Positions 37,666 through 46,905 of a stretch of DNA of 64,000 nucleotides are shown piece by piece. A program made the position numbers and the translations under genes. The DNA is from Pseudomonadota bacterium (GTDB taxonomy: Bacteria > Pseudomonadota > Gammaproteobacteria > Pseudomonadales > JADFDG01), in assembly GCA_049324475.1 (NCBI GenBank), contig JBMOOO010000011.1:163557-227556 (forward strand). The letters are read 5' to 3'. Below the pieces are notes generated by a model, which searched no databases, was not told the origin of the DNA, and was given only the letters and a program-made list of their open reading frames with translations. How positions within the stretch are numbered: position 1 is the first letter of the stretch; each line of letters starts with the position of its first letter.

Positions 37666-38856
37666 TCAGCCGCGTCGATACATCGTCACGACGCAGGCGC
37701 CGCCGATGCCGATGTTGTGCTGCAGGGCGACCTTCGCACCGGCCACCTGACGCTTGTCGGCACTGCCGCGCAGCTGGTGTACCAGCTCGTAGCACTGCGC
37801 GAGGCCGGTTGCGCCCAGCGGGTGGCCTTTCGAGAGCAGACCGCCCGACGGGTTGACCACGACCTTGCCGCCGTGGGTGTTGTTGCCGTCGTTGATGAAC
37901 TTCTCGGCCGTGCCTTCCGGCGTCAGGCCGAGTGCTTCATAGGTGATCAGCTCGTTGGCGGTGAAGCAGTCGTGCAGTTCCACGACGTTCACGTCCTGCG
38001 GGCCGATGCCGGCGGCTTCGTACACGGCTTTCGAGGCGCGCTGCGCCATGCCGTAGCCGACCATGTCCATCATGCTGTCCTTGAAGGAGTCCGGCTTGTC
38101 GGTCTCCATATGCTGGGCGGCGATGTACACGGCCTTGCTGACATCAATGCCGTTTTTCCGGCAGAAATCCTCGCTGGCCAGGATGGCAGCGCCGGCGCCG
38201 CAGGTCGGCGGACAGCACTGCAGACGGGTCAGCGGGCCGTACTGGTGCGGCGACGCCAGGACTTCCTCGACCGTCACCTGCTCGGTGAACAGGGCCTTCG
38301 GGTTGTGCTGGGCGTGTTGACGGGCCTTCACCTGGATTTTCGCGAACGTCTCGTTCTTCGCGCCATATTTCTTCTGGTACTCGGCGCCGGCACCGCCGAA
38401 CATCTGCGCCGCCGGCGGGGCGGGCTTGAACTCCTGCAGGCGCATCATGGTCATGGCATGCAGTTCCATCGGATTCATCCGATCGTTCCACTTCGACATG
38501 AGCATGCCTTTTTCCATCTTCTCGAAACCGAGTGCGAGTGCGCAGTCGACTGCGCCGCTCTGCACGGCCTGACGGGCACCGAACAGTGCCGACGAGCCGG
38601 TCGAGCAGTTGGAGTTGACGTTGAAGATCGGAATGCCGGTCTGGCCGACTTCGTAGACGGCGCGCATGCCGCAGCAGCTGTCACCGTACACGTAGCCGGT
38701 CCAGGCTTGCTGAACCTTGTCGTAACCGACACCGGCATCAGCCAGTGCCTCGAGAATCGCCTCCTTGCCGGCGATATGGTAGTCCGGTGCTGCCGGATCC
38801 CCCGGCTTGGTGAACTTCGTCATGCCGACGCCGATCACATAGACTTTCTTGCTCAT
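37666..38856 (-). CDS. SCPx-type thiolase (nonspecific lipid-transfer-protein-like 3-ketoacyl-CoA thiolase)
   Basis: MSKKVYVIGVGMTKFTKPG N-terminus typical of SCP2/SCPx thiolases. Active-site region NVNSNCSTGSSAL, plus GHPLGATG and NIGIGGACVV. Confidence 0.8.
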   Translation of the reverse strand: MSKKVYVIGVGMTKFTKPGDPAAPDYHIAGKEAILEALADAGVGYDKVQQAWTGYVYGDSCCGMRAVYEVGQTGIPIFNVNSNCSTGSSALFGARQAVQSGAVDCALALGFEKMEKGMLMSKWNDRMNPMELHAMTMMRLQEFKPAPPAAQMFGGAGAEYQKKYGAKNETFAKIQVKARQHAQHNPKALFTEQVTVEEVLASPHQYGPLTRLQCCPPTCGAGAAILASEDFCRKNGIDVSKAVYIAAQHMETDKPDSFKDSMMDMVGYGMAQRASKAVYEAAGIGPQDVNVVELHDCFTANELITYEALGLTPEGTAEKFINDGNNTHGGKVVVNPSGGLLSKGHPLGATGLAQCYELVHQLRGSADKRQVAGAKVALQHNIGIGGACVVTMYRRG

Positions 38857-38868
38857 GGTCGTGGCCTC

Positions 38869-39771
38869 TTATTTGTTCTGCAGGTTCTGCATGATCTGCA
38901 TCAGCGCTTCCTGGCCCGAGCCCGGGTAGGAGGACTTGCTGAAGTCGGTGATCGCTGCCCACTGGTCATTGATCTGTTCCGGGGTCAGTTCCTTCGTGAT
39001 CGGGAAGCCGTGGCCCAGGGTACGGTTCCAGCGCAGCTTGCCGATCCAGCCGGCGCCGACCTCGTACAGGCCGCCGGTCTCGGTGTGGCCTTCGGCAGCC
39101 AGCTTCAGGACCAGCGGCGACACGAATTCCGGCTTCAGTTGCTCGAGGATCTGCGGCGGCATGATGGTCGCCGTAAGGCGCGAGCCGGCGATCGGTGCGA
39201 TGGTGTTGGACGTGATGTTGTACTTCTTGCCTTCCAGCGCCAGGGTCTGGCTCAGGCCGTGCAGTGCCAGCTTGGCCATGGAGTAGTTGGCCTGGCCGAA
39301 GTTGCCGTAGATGCCGGCGGCAGAGGCGGTGAAGATCACGCGGCCGTAGGACTTGTCGCGCATGTGCGGCCAGGCAGCGTGGGTCACCTTGTAGGCGCCG
39401 CGCACGTGCACGTTGTACACCAGATCCCAGTCGGCGTCGGTCATCTTGTGGAAGGACACGTCGCGCAGGATGCCGGCGTTGTTGATGACCACGTCGACCT
39501 TGCCGAAATTGTCCAGGGCGCACTGCACGATCTTGTCGCCGTCGGTGACCGAGTCGTAGTTGGCGGCGGCTTCGCCGCCCAGGGCCTTGATCTCGTCGAC
39601 CACGGTCTGCGCCGCGGTTTTCGAGGCGCCTTCGCCGTGGGCAGAGCCGCCCAGGTCATTGACGATCACCTTGGCACCGCGCTTCGCGAACGCGAGAGCA
39701 TGGCTCTTGCCCAGGCCGTTGCCGGCGCCGGTGACGATGACGACGCGGTCGTCAAAACGGACTTGCGACAT
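38869..39771 (-). CDS. SDR 3-hydroxyacyl-CoA dehydrogenase, MFE-2 (peroxisomal multifunctional enzyme 2) dehydrogenase-domain type
   Basis: VIVTGAGNGLGKSHALAFAKRGAKVIVNDLGG, NNAGILRD, and catalytic YSMAKLAL (Y-x3-K). The sequence is collinear with the N-terminal domain of eukaryotic MFE-2 as I recall it. Confidence 0.75.
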   Translation of the reverse strand: MSQVRFDDRVVIVTGAGNGLGKSHALAFAKRGAKVIVNDLGGSAHGEGASKTAAQTVVDEIKALGGEAAANYDSVTDGDKIVQCALDNFGKVDVVINNAGILRDVSFHKMTDADWDLVYNVHVRGAYKVTHAAWPHMRDKSYGRVIFTASAAGIYGNFGQANYSMAKLALHGLSQTLALEGKKYNITSNTIAPIAGSRLTATIMPPQILEQLKPEFVSPLVLKLAAEGHTETGGLYEVGAGWIGKLRWNRTLGHGFPITKELTPEQINDQWAAITDFSKSSYPGSGQEALMQIMQNLQNK

Positions 39772-39805
39772 GTGTGCTTCTCCTTGTGATCCGTAAAGTG
39801 GTCGA

Positions 39806-40939
39806 TTACAGGCCCATACCGCGGCCGATCATTTCCTTCATGATTTCGTTGGTGCCGGCGAAGATGGTGGTGATGCGCGCGTCGGTGTAGGCGCGTGCGA
39901 TCGGGTATTCCATCATGTAGCCGTAGCCGCCATGCAGCTGGACGCCGTTGTAGACGACCTTGTTGAGCAGGTCGGTGGTCCAGTACTTGGCCATGAACGC
40001 GTCGTCCGGGGTGATGGTGCCGTTGACGCATTTCATCACGCACTGGTCGACGAAAGTCTGGCCGATGGTGATCTCGGTCTTCATCTCGGCCATGGTGAAG
40101 CGGTTGGCCTGGAAGGAGCCGATCGCCTTGCCGAACGCCTTGCGTTCCTTGACGTATTTCAGGGTTTCCTCGAAGGCGTACTGGGCACCGGAGATGGCGC
40201 CGATGGCGCAGACAATGCGCTCCTGGGCCAGCTTCTGCATCAGGTACATGAAGCCCATGCCCGGCTGGCCGAGGATGTTGGCCTTGGGCACCTTCACGTC
40301 CTCGAAGAACAGCTCGGCGGTGTCCTGCGAGTGCATGCCCATCTTGTCGAGCTTGCGGCCACGCTTGAAGCCTTCCATGCCGCGCTCGACCACGACCAGG
40401 GTCACGCCCTTGCCTTCCCACTGGGCGGCAACGATCACGATGTCGGAGAGGATGCCGTTGGAGATGAAGGTCTTGGCACCGTTGAGGAGGAGGTAATCGC
40501 CCTTGTCCTCGACGCGGGTCTTGATGCTCTTCAGGTCGGAACCGGTGCCCGGTTCGGTCATGGCAACCGCGAGGATCTTCTCCCCGGAGATGATGCCCGG
40601 CATCCAGCGTGCTTTCTGTTCGTCGTTGGCAAAGGAGTCGAGGTACACGCCGATCACGTCACTGTGCAGTGACATGGCAAAGCCCGACTCGCCGATACGG
40701 GACATTTCCTCGATCTGGATCTGGGTGTAGCGGAAGTCCTTCAGGCCCAGGCCGCCCCACTTCTCGTCCACGTACATGCACAGGTAGCCGGCTTCGCCCG
40801 CCTTCTTCCACGCCTCGCGGGAGACGATGCGGTCCTTCAGCCACTGTTCCTGGTGCGGCTTGACCTCGGCCTCGAGGAACTTGCGGAAGTTGTCGCGAAA
40901 GATGTTGTGGTCCTGTTCGAAGATGGCGCGGTTGCTCAT
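39806..40939 (-). CDS. Acyl-CoA dehydrogenase
   Basis: Start ATG 40939 (MSNRAIFEQDHNIFRDNFRKFLEAEV). Typical ACAD segments: AMTEPGTGSDL, and the C-terminal catalytic-base region at the position of the usual YEGTNEI motif (here ITTIFAGTNEIMKEMIGR). Confidence 0.9.
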   Translation of the reverse strand: MSNRAIFEQDHNIFRDNFRKFLEAEVKPHQEQWLKDRIVSREAWKKAGEAGYLCMYVDEKWGGLGLKDFRYTQIQIEEMSRIGESGFAMSLHSDVIGVYLDSFANDEQKARWMPGIISGEKILAVAMTEPGTGSDLKSIKTRVEDKGDYLLLNGAKTFISNGILSDIVIVAAQWEGKGVTLVVVERGMEGFKRGRKLDKMGMHSQDTAELFFEDVKVPKANILGQPGMGFMYLMQKLAQERIVCAIGAISGAQYAFEETLKYVKERKAFGKAIGSFQANRFTMAEMKTEITIGQTFVDQCVMKCVNGTITPDDAFMAKYWTTDLLNKVVYNGVQLHGGYGYMMEYPIARAYTDARITTIFAGTNEIMKEMIGRGMGL

Positions 40940-41175
40940 GGCGTATCCCTGACGGTGCGTACAGCCGCTCCGGGCGGCAGGCTCTGTATAATCAACGGGT
41001 TGCGTGCGGACCTGCGGGGAAACGGGGCAGGGGCCGGCATGGTCGGAGATGGTGTCGGCGGGGGGTGGTACCGGCAATGACGCAATGTGCCAAATTGGTT
41101 GACATTAACTATCATGGCGCGGGCCAATTTTCCCTGTAATTCCGGGACGTTGCGCCAACACCCGCGGCCATCGCG

Positions 41176-42246
41176 ATGCCGCGGCAGACCATCGACGGGA
41201 GAGCGCTTTTGACCCTGGTGCAGAAAAGCATCGTGTCCGGTACCACACTGCCGGTCGCTGTTGCCCTGAGAGTGCTTCAGGGCGCTGCACGCAGTGGCGT
41301 GGATCTCGCGCGGCTGTTTGCCGACATCGGCATCGACCCGCGCGTGCTGGACGATCCCTCCGCGCGCATTGACCGCCGCAAGTTCATTGATCTCATGCTG
41401 GCCGTGATGCAGCAGACCGAAGACGAGTTCATGGGCTTCGGTCAGGGTTATCGTACCCGCCCGGGCACTTTCTCGATGATGGCGCACGCGGTCATCAACT
41501 CCGCGACGCTGGAGAAAGCGATGCGTCGTGCGCTCAACTTCTACGAGTTGTTCGGTGTCGACACCGTGGCCAGGCTGGAGTTGCGGGAGCACGAGGCGGT
41601 GATCCTGTTCAATGTCGGCCCGGTGGAGTTCCGCGAGTTCATCGTGGAAACACTGGTGTTCCTCACCATCCGCTTTTTCGGCTGGCTGATCGGCAAGCCG
41701 ATCGTACCCATGCGCATCACCCTGGATTTCCCGCCGTCCGAGGGTGCCGAGCAGTACAAGGAACTGTTCCCGTCACCGGTCCTGTACGGGCAATCGAAGA
41801 GCCAGATCGTGCTGGACCGTTCCTACATGGACCTGCCGCTGGTGCAGAACGCACTGTCGCTGTCCCGTTTCCTGAAGGATTCGCTGGCCCAGCTGATCGA
41901 CGGCAACTTCCACAGTGTCGGCCTGCCTGCCCAGATCCGCGCCATCATCTCCAAGGAGTACGGCAATAATTTTCCCGATTTCCAGGTGATCTGCGAAAAG
42001 CTGAACATGACGCCGCAGACCCTGCGACGGCGCCTGAAGGAAGGCAATACCAGCTACCAGGAAATCAAGGATTCGATCCGCAAGGACGCGTCCATCTATT
42101 ACCTGTCCAAGCCCGATCTCTCGATCGACGAGATCGCCATGCTCATGGGCTTTTCCGAAGCCAGCTCCTTCCACCGTGCCTTCAAGAAGTGGACCGGCAA
42201 GACGCCGTCTGCCTTCCGCAAGGAAATGTTCAACGATCCGGACTGA
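41176..42246 (+). CDS. AraC-family transcriptional regulator (paralog of 28332..29372)
   Basis: C-terminal [74 protein letters not shown]. It is divergent from the ACAD operon across a 236-nt spacer. Confidence 0.85.
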   Translation: MPRQTIDGRALLTLVQKSIVSGTTLPVAVALRVLQGAARSGVDLARLFADIGIDPRVLDDPSARIDRRKFIDLMLAVMQQTEDEFMGFGQGYRTRPGTFSMMAHAVINSATLEKAMRRALNFYELFGVDTVARLELREHEAVILFNVGPVEFREFIVETLVFLTIRFFGWLIGKPIVPMRITLDFPPSEGAEQYKELFPSPVLYGQSKSQIVLDRSYMDLPLVQNALSLSRFLKDSLAQLIDGNFHSVGLPAQIRAIISKEYGNNFPDFQVICEKLNMTPQTLRRRLKEGNTSYQEIKDSIRKDASIYYLSKPDLSIDEIAMLMGFSEASSFHRAFKKWTGKTPSAFRKEMFNDPD

Positions 42247-42247
42247 C

Positions 42248-43126
42248 ATGCAAACCAACGGTACCCAGGAAACCACTGCGCGCCTGCTGATCACCTGCCC
42301 GGATCGCCCGGGCATTGTCAGTGCGGTATCCACCTTCTTCTACAACCACGGTGCCAACATCACCGATCTGGACCAGCACTCCTCGGATGCCGAGGGCGGC
42401 ACTTTCTTCATGCGGCTGGAATTCCAGACCCCGCACCTCGACGTGTCCCGCGACGTGCTGCGTGGCGGCTTCCAGAAGGCTGTGGCGGAAAAGCACGACA
42501 TGAAGTGGCACATTTCATATGCGGTCGACCGCAAGAAAATGGCGCTGCTGGTTTCGAAGTACGATCATGCGCTCATGGAACTTCTGTGGCAGGTGCGGCG
42601 CGGTGATCTGGTGGCGCACATCCCGATGGTGATTTCCAACCATGAGGATTTCCGGGCCGATGTCGAGGCCTTCGGCATCCCCTTTCACTGCGTGCCGGTG
42701 ACGAAGGACGGCAAGGCGGCTGCCGAGCAGAAAATGCTGGAGCTGCTGGCGGGCAAAGCGGATGTCATTGTGCTGGCGCGCTACATGCAGGTGCTGTCAG
42801 CGGATTTCGTACGGCATTATCCGAACCGCATCATCAACATCCATCACTCGTTCCTGCCGGCCTTCGCTGGTGCCAATCCGTACCGGCAGGCGTACGACAA
42901 GGGTGTGAAGCTCATCGGCGCGACGAGTCATTACGTCACCGCGGATCTCGATCAGGGCCCGATCATCGAGCAGGATGTGGCAAGGGTGTCGCACCGGCAC
43001 TCCGCGGATGAACTGCGGGTGCTGGGCCAGGAAGTCGAGCGTCGGGTGCTGGCCCGGGCGGTTCGCTGGCATCTGGAAGACCGGGTGATTGTCGACGGCA
43101 ACAAGACCGTCGTTTTCGTCAAATGA
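42248..43126 (+). CDS. purU: Formyltetrahydrofolate deformylase
   Basis: ACT-type N-terminus [21 protein letters not shown]. Formyltransferase core [18 protein letters not shown] and [17 protein letters not shown]. Confidence 0.9.
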   Translation: MQTNGTQETTARLLITCPDRPGIVSAVSTFFYNHGANITDLDQHSSDAEGGTFFMRLEFQTPHLDVSRDVLRGGFQKAVAEKHDMKWHISYAVDRKKMALLVSKYDHALMELLWQVRRGDLVAHIPMVISNHEDFRADVEAFGIPFHCVPVTKDGKAAAEQKMLELLAGKADVIVLARYMQVLSADFVRHYPNRIINIHHSFLPAFAGANPYRQAYDKGVKLIGATSHYVTADLDQGPIIEQDVARVSHRHSADELRVLGQEVERRVLARAVRWHLEDRVIVDGNKTVVFVK

Positions 43127-43146
43127 GCGTGTACGGAGGGTGACTC

Positions 43147-43359
43147 ATGCTGCGCATATTGCTCGGCATGGCGCTGATTTTCGGCGCCCTGTGGTTCTAC
43201 CTGAAAGCGGGCAGCGAGAGTCAGGTTGCCGGTGAACAGCAGAAAAAGATGATCGACTCTGCGCAGGAGGCGGTACAGGCCACGGAAGAGGCTGCCGCGC
43301 TCATGGCCAGACAGGCGGACGCCGCGCGTGATGCCGCCGGTGAGGCAGCCGGCCGTTGA
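43147..43359 (+). CDS. Small single-TM hypothetical protein
   Basis: 70 aa: MLRILLGMALIFGALWFYL followed by an Ala/Glu-rich helix. GGAGGG lies upstream. Confidence 0.4.
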   Translation: MLRILLGMALIFGALWFYLKAGSESQVAGEQQKKMIDSAQEAVQATEEAAALMARQADAARDAAGEAAGR

Positions 43360-43395
43360 CGATCCGTCTGCTGATGCGGGCGGAGCCGTGCAGGA

Positions 43396-44262
43396 TCAGA
43401 AGTTGAGCAGGAATCCGAGCGCGGATACACCAACGGTACCGCGATCGGTGTTGTAGCTGCCGTATTCGATGTACAGCGATGGCACCGTGCCGAGCCTGAC
43501 CGCCAGACCAATCGTGGCAAACAGGTCGAGACCCACATCCGATGCGGACTGGTTGGGTTGGACGTCGTCCGGCAGCGGCGGTGGATCCAGCGGCCCCGGC
43601 TCGTAAGAGAAAGTGATCTGACGGTTGTCGGTGATGTGGTAGAAGTGCGCGCCGGCGCGCACCTGGGCTTCGACCGGGCCGAACAACCGGTAGTCGCTGC
43701 GTACACCGAACTGCAGCGTGGACATGTCCAGCTTCCGTTCCTCCGTCCGGATGTTCCAGTAGCCCTGGATCGGGGAATTCAGCGTGCGGGTGACGCTTTC
43801 CTCCATCGCACGGCCGATGCGCAGATATCCGACCTCCGGCGCCAGCGACCATCGTGTGTGGTTGAAGTGCTCCAGGCGGAAACCGGCGATGAATCGGTAG
43901 CCACCGGGCGTTTCGCTGTAGCCGGCGCTTCCGATGTCGGAGTCCGTGAAGGCGACATCGAAATAGGCGTCGATGCGCGGCGGCTTGTAATCGGGGCCAG
44001 CCGGAATGGCTGCAGCCGGCGCTGCTTCGGGAATTTCCGGCAGGGTGGCGTCGAATTCCTCGTTGTAGAAAAGCCCGCCACCCGTCTGCCCCTGCTCAGC
44101 AGGCGCATCGAAGGGAGCGTCGAAGGGCGTCTCCGGAGACGGGGCGGGTTCTGCCGGCGCGGTGTCGTCCGCCCTTGCCGGGGCAGCGGCCAGCATGGCC
44201 AGCAGCGGCAGCAACAGGGCCACGCGGCCGGCAGCCGCAACACATGAGGTCCGGGCAGTCAT
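43396..44262 (-). CDS. Outer-membrane beta-barrel protein (unknown function)
   Basis: Start ATG 44262 gives the signal peptide MTARTSCVAAAGRVALLLPLLAMLAAAPARA|DD. Alternating beta-strand pattern with the OMP terminus ALGFLLNF. Confidence 0.65.
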   Translation of the reverse strand: MTARTSCVAAAGRVALLLPLLAMLAAAPARADDTAPAEPAPSPETPFDAPFDAPAEQGQTGGGLFYNEEFDATLPEIPEAAPAAAIPAGPDYKPPRIDAYFDVAFTDSDIGSAGYSETPGGYRFIAGFRLEHFNHTRWSLAPEVGYLRIGRAMEESVTRTLNSPIQGYWNIRTEERKLDMSTLQFGVRSDYRLFGPVEAQVRAGAHFYHITDNRQITFSYEPGPLDPPPLPDDVQPNQSASDVGLDLFATIGLAVRLGTVPSLYIEYGSYNTDRGTVGVSALGFLLNF

Positions 44263-44350
44263 TTCGTCTCGGGGGTGTCCTGCGATCATGGGGGCGATCA
44301 TACTGGCCGACCCCGCCCCCTTTATAGTTAAAAACCGTAAACCGTCCCTC

Positions 44351-45430
44351 ATGCCGTCGCTGTTTGCCGTTTGCCGTCCGGGTTTCGAGAAGGAATGCAT
44401 TGCCGCTCTGGGTGAAGCCTGTGCCCGGCGTGGTGTGGCCGGGTTCGGGAGGGCGCGGCCGGAAACCGGCTACGCGCAGTTCGTGCTGCAGGAGACGGCG
44501 GACGGCCCGGTCGATGCGGCTGCGTTGCTGGCATCGCTGCACTGTGACGAGCTGGTCTTCGCACGTGATCTCTTTCTCGCCTCCGACCCGGTTGCCATCG
44601 AGCCACCGGACCGGTTGCTGGGCATACGGCCACATCTGGCCGGGTTGCCGCCACTGGCATCCGTGCAACTCGGCGCGCCCGACACCAACGACGGGCGCGA
44701 ACTGGCGGCCCTGCTGCGCCAGCTGGAGCGCCCCCTGCGCGCAGCACTGGCAGAGCAGGGCGTGCGCACCGGCGATCGATACCAGACGCGGCTGCTCCTG
44801 TTTCTGGCCGACGGTGCAACGGCGTTCATCTGTACCGGCCGCATGGACCAGGCGCCGCCCTGGCCGCTGGGCGTGCCGCGGCTGAAACTGTTGCGCGAGG
44901 CGCCCAGCCGTTCTGCCCTGAAGCTGGAGGAAGCCTGGCACCTGTTCATTCCACGCCAGGAGTGGGCGACCCGGCTCGGCCCCGGGCGCACGGCTGTCGA
45001 TCTTGGCGCTGCTCCCGGCGGCTGGACCTGGCAGATGATCCGCCGCGGCATGCGGGTGGAGGCCGTCGACAACGGACCGCTGGCACCGGTGGTGGCCGAC
45101 GATCCGCTGGTGACACACCACCGTGCCGACGGCTTCACGTTCCAGCCGAAACGGCCGGTCGACTGGCTGGTGTGCGACATGGTGGAAAAGCCGGCCCGCG
45201 TCACGGCGCTGATTGCCCGCTGGCTGGTGCGCGGCTGGACCCGCCAGGCCATTTTCAACCTCAAGCTGCCGATGAAAAGCCGTCATGCGGAAACGCAGCT
45301 CAATCTCGCGCGGCTGGCCGATGAACTCGAGGCTGCCGGACTGGCGTTCGAGCTGCAGGCCCGGCAGCTGTATCACGACCGTGAGGAAATCACCGTGTGC
45401 GTGCGGGTGACGGGCAGGACAGCACCGTGA
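44351..45430 (+). CDS. rlmM: 23S rRNA (cytidine2498-2'-O)-methyltransferase
   Basis: MPSLFAVCRPGFEKECIAAL (THUMP-like N-terminus as in E. coli RlmM), the SAM motif VDLGAAPGGWT, and WLVCDMVEKP. Confidence 0.85.
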   Translation: MPSLFAVCRPGFEKECIAALGEACARRGVAGFGRARPETGYAQFVLQETADGPVDAAALLASLHCDELVFARDLFLASDPVAIEPPDRLLGIRPHLAGLPPLASVQLGAPDTNDGRELAALLRQLERPLRAALAEQGVRTGDRYQTRLLLFLADGATAFICTGRMDQAPPWPLGVPRLKLLREAPSRSALKLEEAWHLFIPRQEWATRLGPGRTAVDLGAAPGGWTWQMIRRGMRVEAVDNGPLAPVVADDPLVTHHRADGFTFQPKRPVDWLVCDMVEKPARVTALIARWLVRGWTRQAIFNLKLPMKSRHAETQLNLARLADELEAAGLAFELQARQLYHDREEITVCVRVTGRTAP

Positions 45431-46677
45431 CGCAGCCCGGGCGTTACGGTATTGCCGATGCGCGCCTGCTCGGCCTGCTGGCCTGTCTTTACTTCGCGCA
45501 GGGTCTGCCGTCCGGGCTGCTCGGCAAGGCGTTGCCGGCGCTGCTGCGTGAGCACGGTGTCTCGCTGTCGGCCATCGGGTTCACCGCCATGCTGGCGGCA
45601 CCCTGGGCGCTGAAGTTCCTGTGGGCGCCTTTTCTCGACCGTTACGGCACACGCCGGCAATGGCTGCTGGTGCTGAATGCCGTCACGTTTGCCCTGATGC
45701 TGTTGCTGGCCGCGCAGGATATCGGCGTCTGGATCCGCGAGCTGTTCCTGCCGCTCATGGCGATACTGTTCCTGCTCAATCTGGTGGCGGCCACCCAGGA
45801 CATCGCCACCGACGGTCTGGCCGTCAGTCGTCTGGACTCGCGCCTGCGCGGTCTGGGCAACAGTGTGCAGGTGATCGGCTACAAGCTCGGCATGGTGCTG
45901 GGCGGTGGTTTCCTGCTGGTGCTGGTCGAGCGCCATGGCTGGTCGCTGTCCTATGCAGGACTTGCCATGCTGATCCTGCTGGTATTGCTGCCCCTGGCGT
46001 TCATGCGGGAAACGCCGTCTGCCGTCGCGGCGAGCCACAGCCACTGGCAGGGCGCACGCGGATACCGGCGCCTGTTCCGGGAATTCGTATCGGCACCCGG
46101 CATGTTGTGGTGGCTGCTTGCCGTGGCCGCCTTCAAGACCGGCGATGCGCTGGCCTCGCGCATGATCGGACCGCTGCTGAGCGATCGCGGCATGAGCCTG
46201 GGCGACATCGGTGTGCTGACCGGCGTGACCGGATCGATGGCAGGCATGGCCGGCGCCCTGCTGGGTGGCGTGTTGCTGCTGCGGCTGGGTTACCGTACGG
46301 CGCTGGTGCTGTCCGGCTGCCTGCAGGCCTGCGGCCTGTTTGCCTATCTGCTGGTGGTGGATGCGCTGCCGTCCCTGCCGATGCTGTATGCCATCGTGTG
46401 TTTCGAGCAGTTTGCCGATGGTCTGTCCACGGTGGCGTTGTTCACCGCCATGATGGCTGTATGCCGTGCGCATTCACCCGGCACGGATTACACGCTGCAG
46501 GCCTCCCTGCAGGTGACGCTGGCCGGTCTGGTGGTGCTGGTATCCGGTGTGGTGGCGGAACAGTCGGGTTACGGCGTGGTGTTTGCCGCCGGCGGCATGC
46601 TCACCCTGCTGGCCCTGGTCCCGGTCGTGCTGTCCTTCCGTGAACGCACGTTGAACGCGATGCGGACGCCGACATGA
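45427..46677 (+). CDS. AmpG-family MFS permease
   Basis: GTG 45427 overlaps the rlmM stop (GTGA). YFAQGLPSGLL...LAAPWALKFLWAPFLDRYG resembles the AmpG signature. About 12 TM segments. Confidence 0.65.
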   Translation: MTQPGRYGIADARLLGLLACLYFAQGLPSGLLGKALPALLREHGVSLSAIGFTAMLAAPWALKFLWAPFLDRYGTRRQWLLVLNAVTFALMLLLAAQDIGVWIRELFLPLMAILFLLNLVAATQDIATDGLAVSRLDSRLRGLGNSVQVIGYKLGMVLGGGFLLVLVERHGWSLSYAGLAMLILLVLLPLAFMRETPSAVAASHSHWQGARGYRRLFREFVSAPGMLWWLLAVAAFKTGDALASRMIGPLLSDRGMSLGDIGVLTGVTGSMAGMAGALLGGVLLLRLGYRTALVLSGCLQACGLFAYLLVVDALPSLPMLYAIVCFEQFADGLSTVALFTAMMAVCRAHSPGTDYTLQASLQVTLAGLVVLVSGVVAEQSGYGVVFAAGGMLTLLALVPVVLSFRERTLNAMRTPT

Positions 46678-46904
46678 AACATGATCATGAACTCGATACC
46701 CGTGGCCTGCGTTGCCCGGAACCGGTGATGCTGCTGCACGCATGCCTGCGGCGTGCAAAGGCAGGAGAGGTCATACGGCTGATGGCGGACGATCCGGCCA
46801 CGCAGCGCGACATCCCGGCGCTGTGCAGCAATCTTGGCCACACCTTGCTGGACAGCACCGAGAGCGACGGCGTCTGGTGCTACTTCGTGCGCAAGCGCGA
46901 CTGA
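46674..46904 (+). CDS. tusA: Sulfur-carrier protein TusA family
   Basis: ATGA overlap with the MFS stop. LDTRGLRCPEPVMLLHACLRRAKAGEVIRLMADDPATQRDIPALC contains the CPxP active site and is collinear with E. coli TusA. Confidence 0.85.
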   Translation: MKHDHELDTRGLRCPEPVMLLHACLRRAKAGEVIRLMADDPATQRDIPALCSNLGHTLLDSTESDGVWCYFVRKRD

Positions 46905-46905
46905 G

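Noticed and set aside
37717-39789. 690-aa plus-strand ORF
   Set aside because: It is antisense to the thiolase and SDR genes, which have unambiguous catalytic motifs. It has no motifs of its own and a skewed Gly/Ala/Val/Arg composition.
41099-41104. Perfect TTGACA -35 hexamer in the ACAD/AraC divergent spacer
   Set aside because: There is no acceptable -10 hexamer at 16-18 nt spacing on the plus strand (GGCCAA at the expected position), so I do not report it as a promoter.
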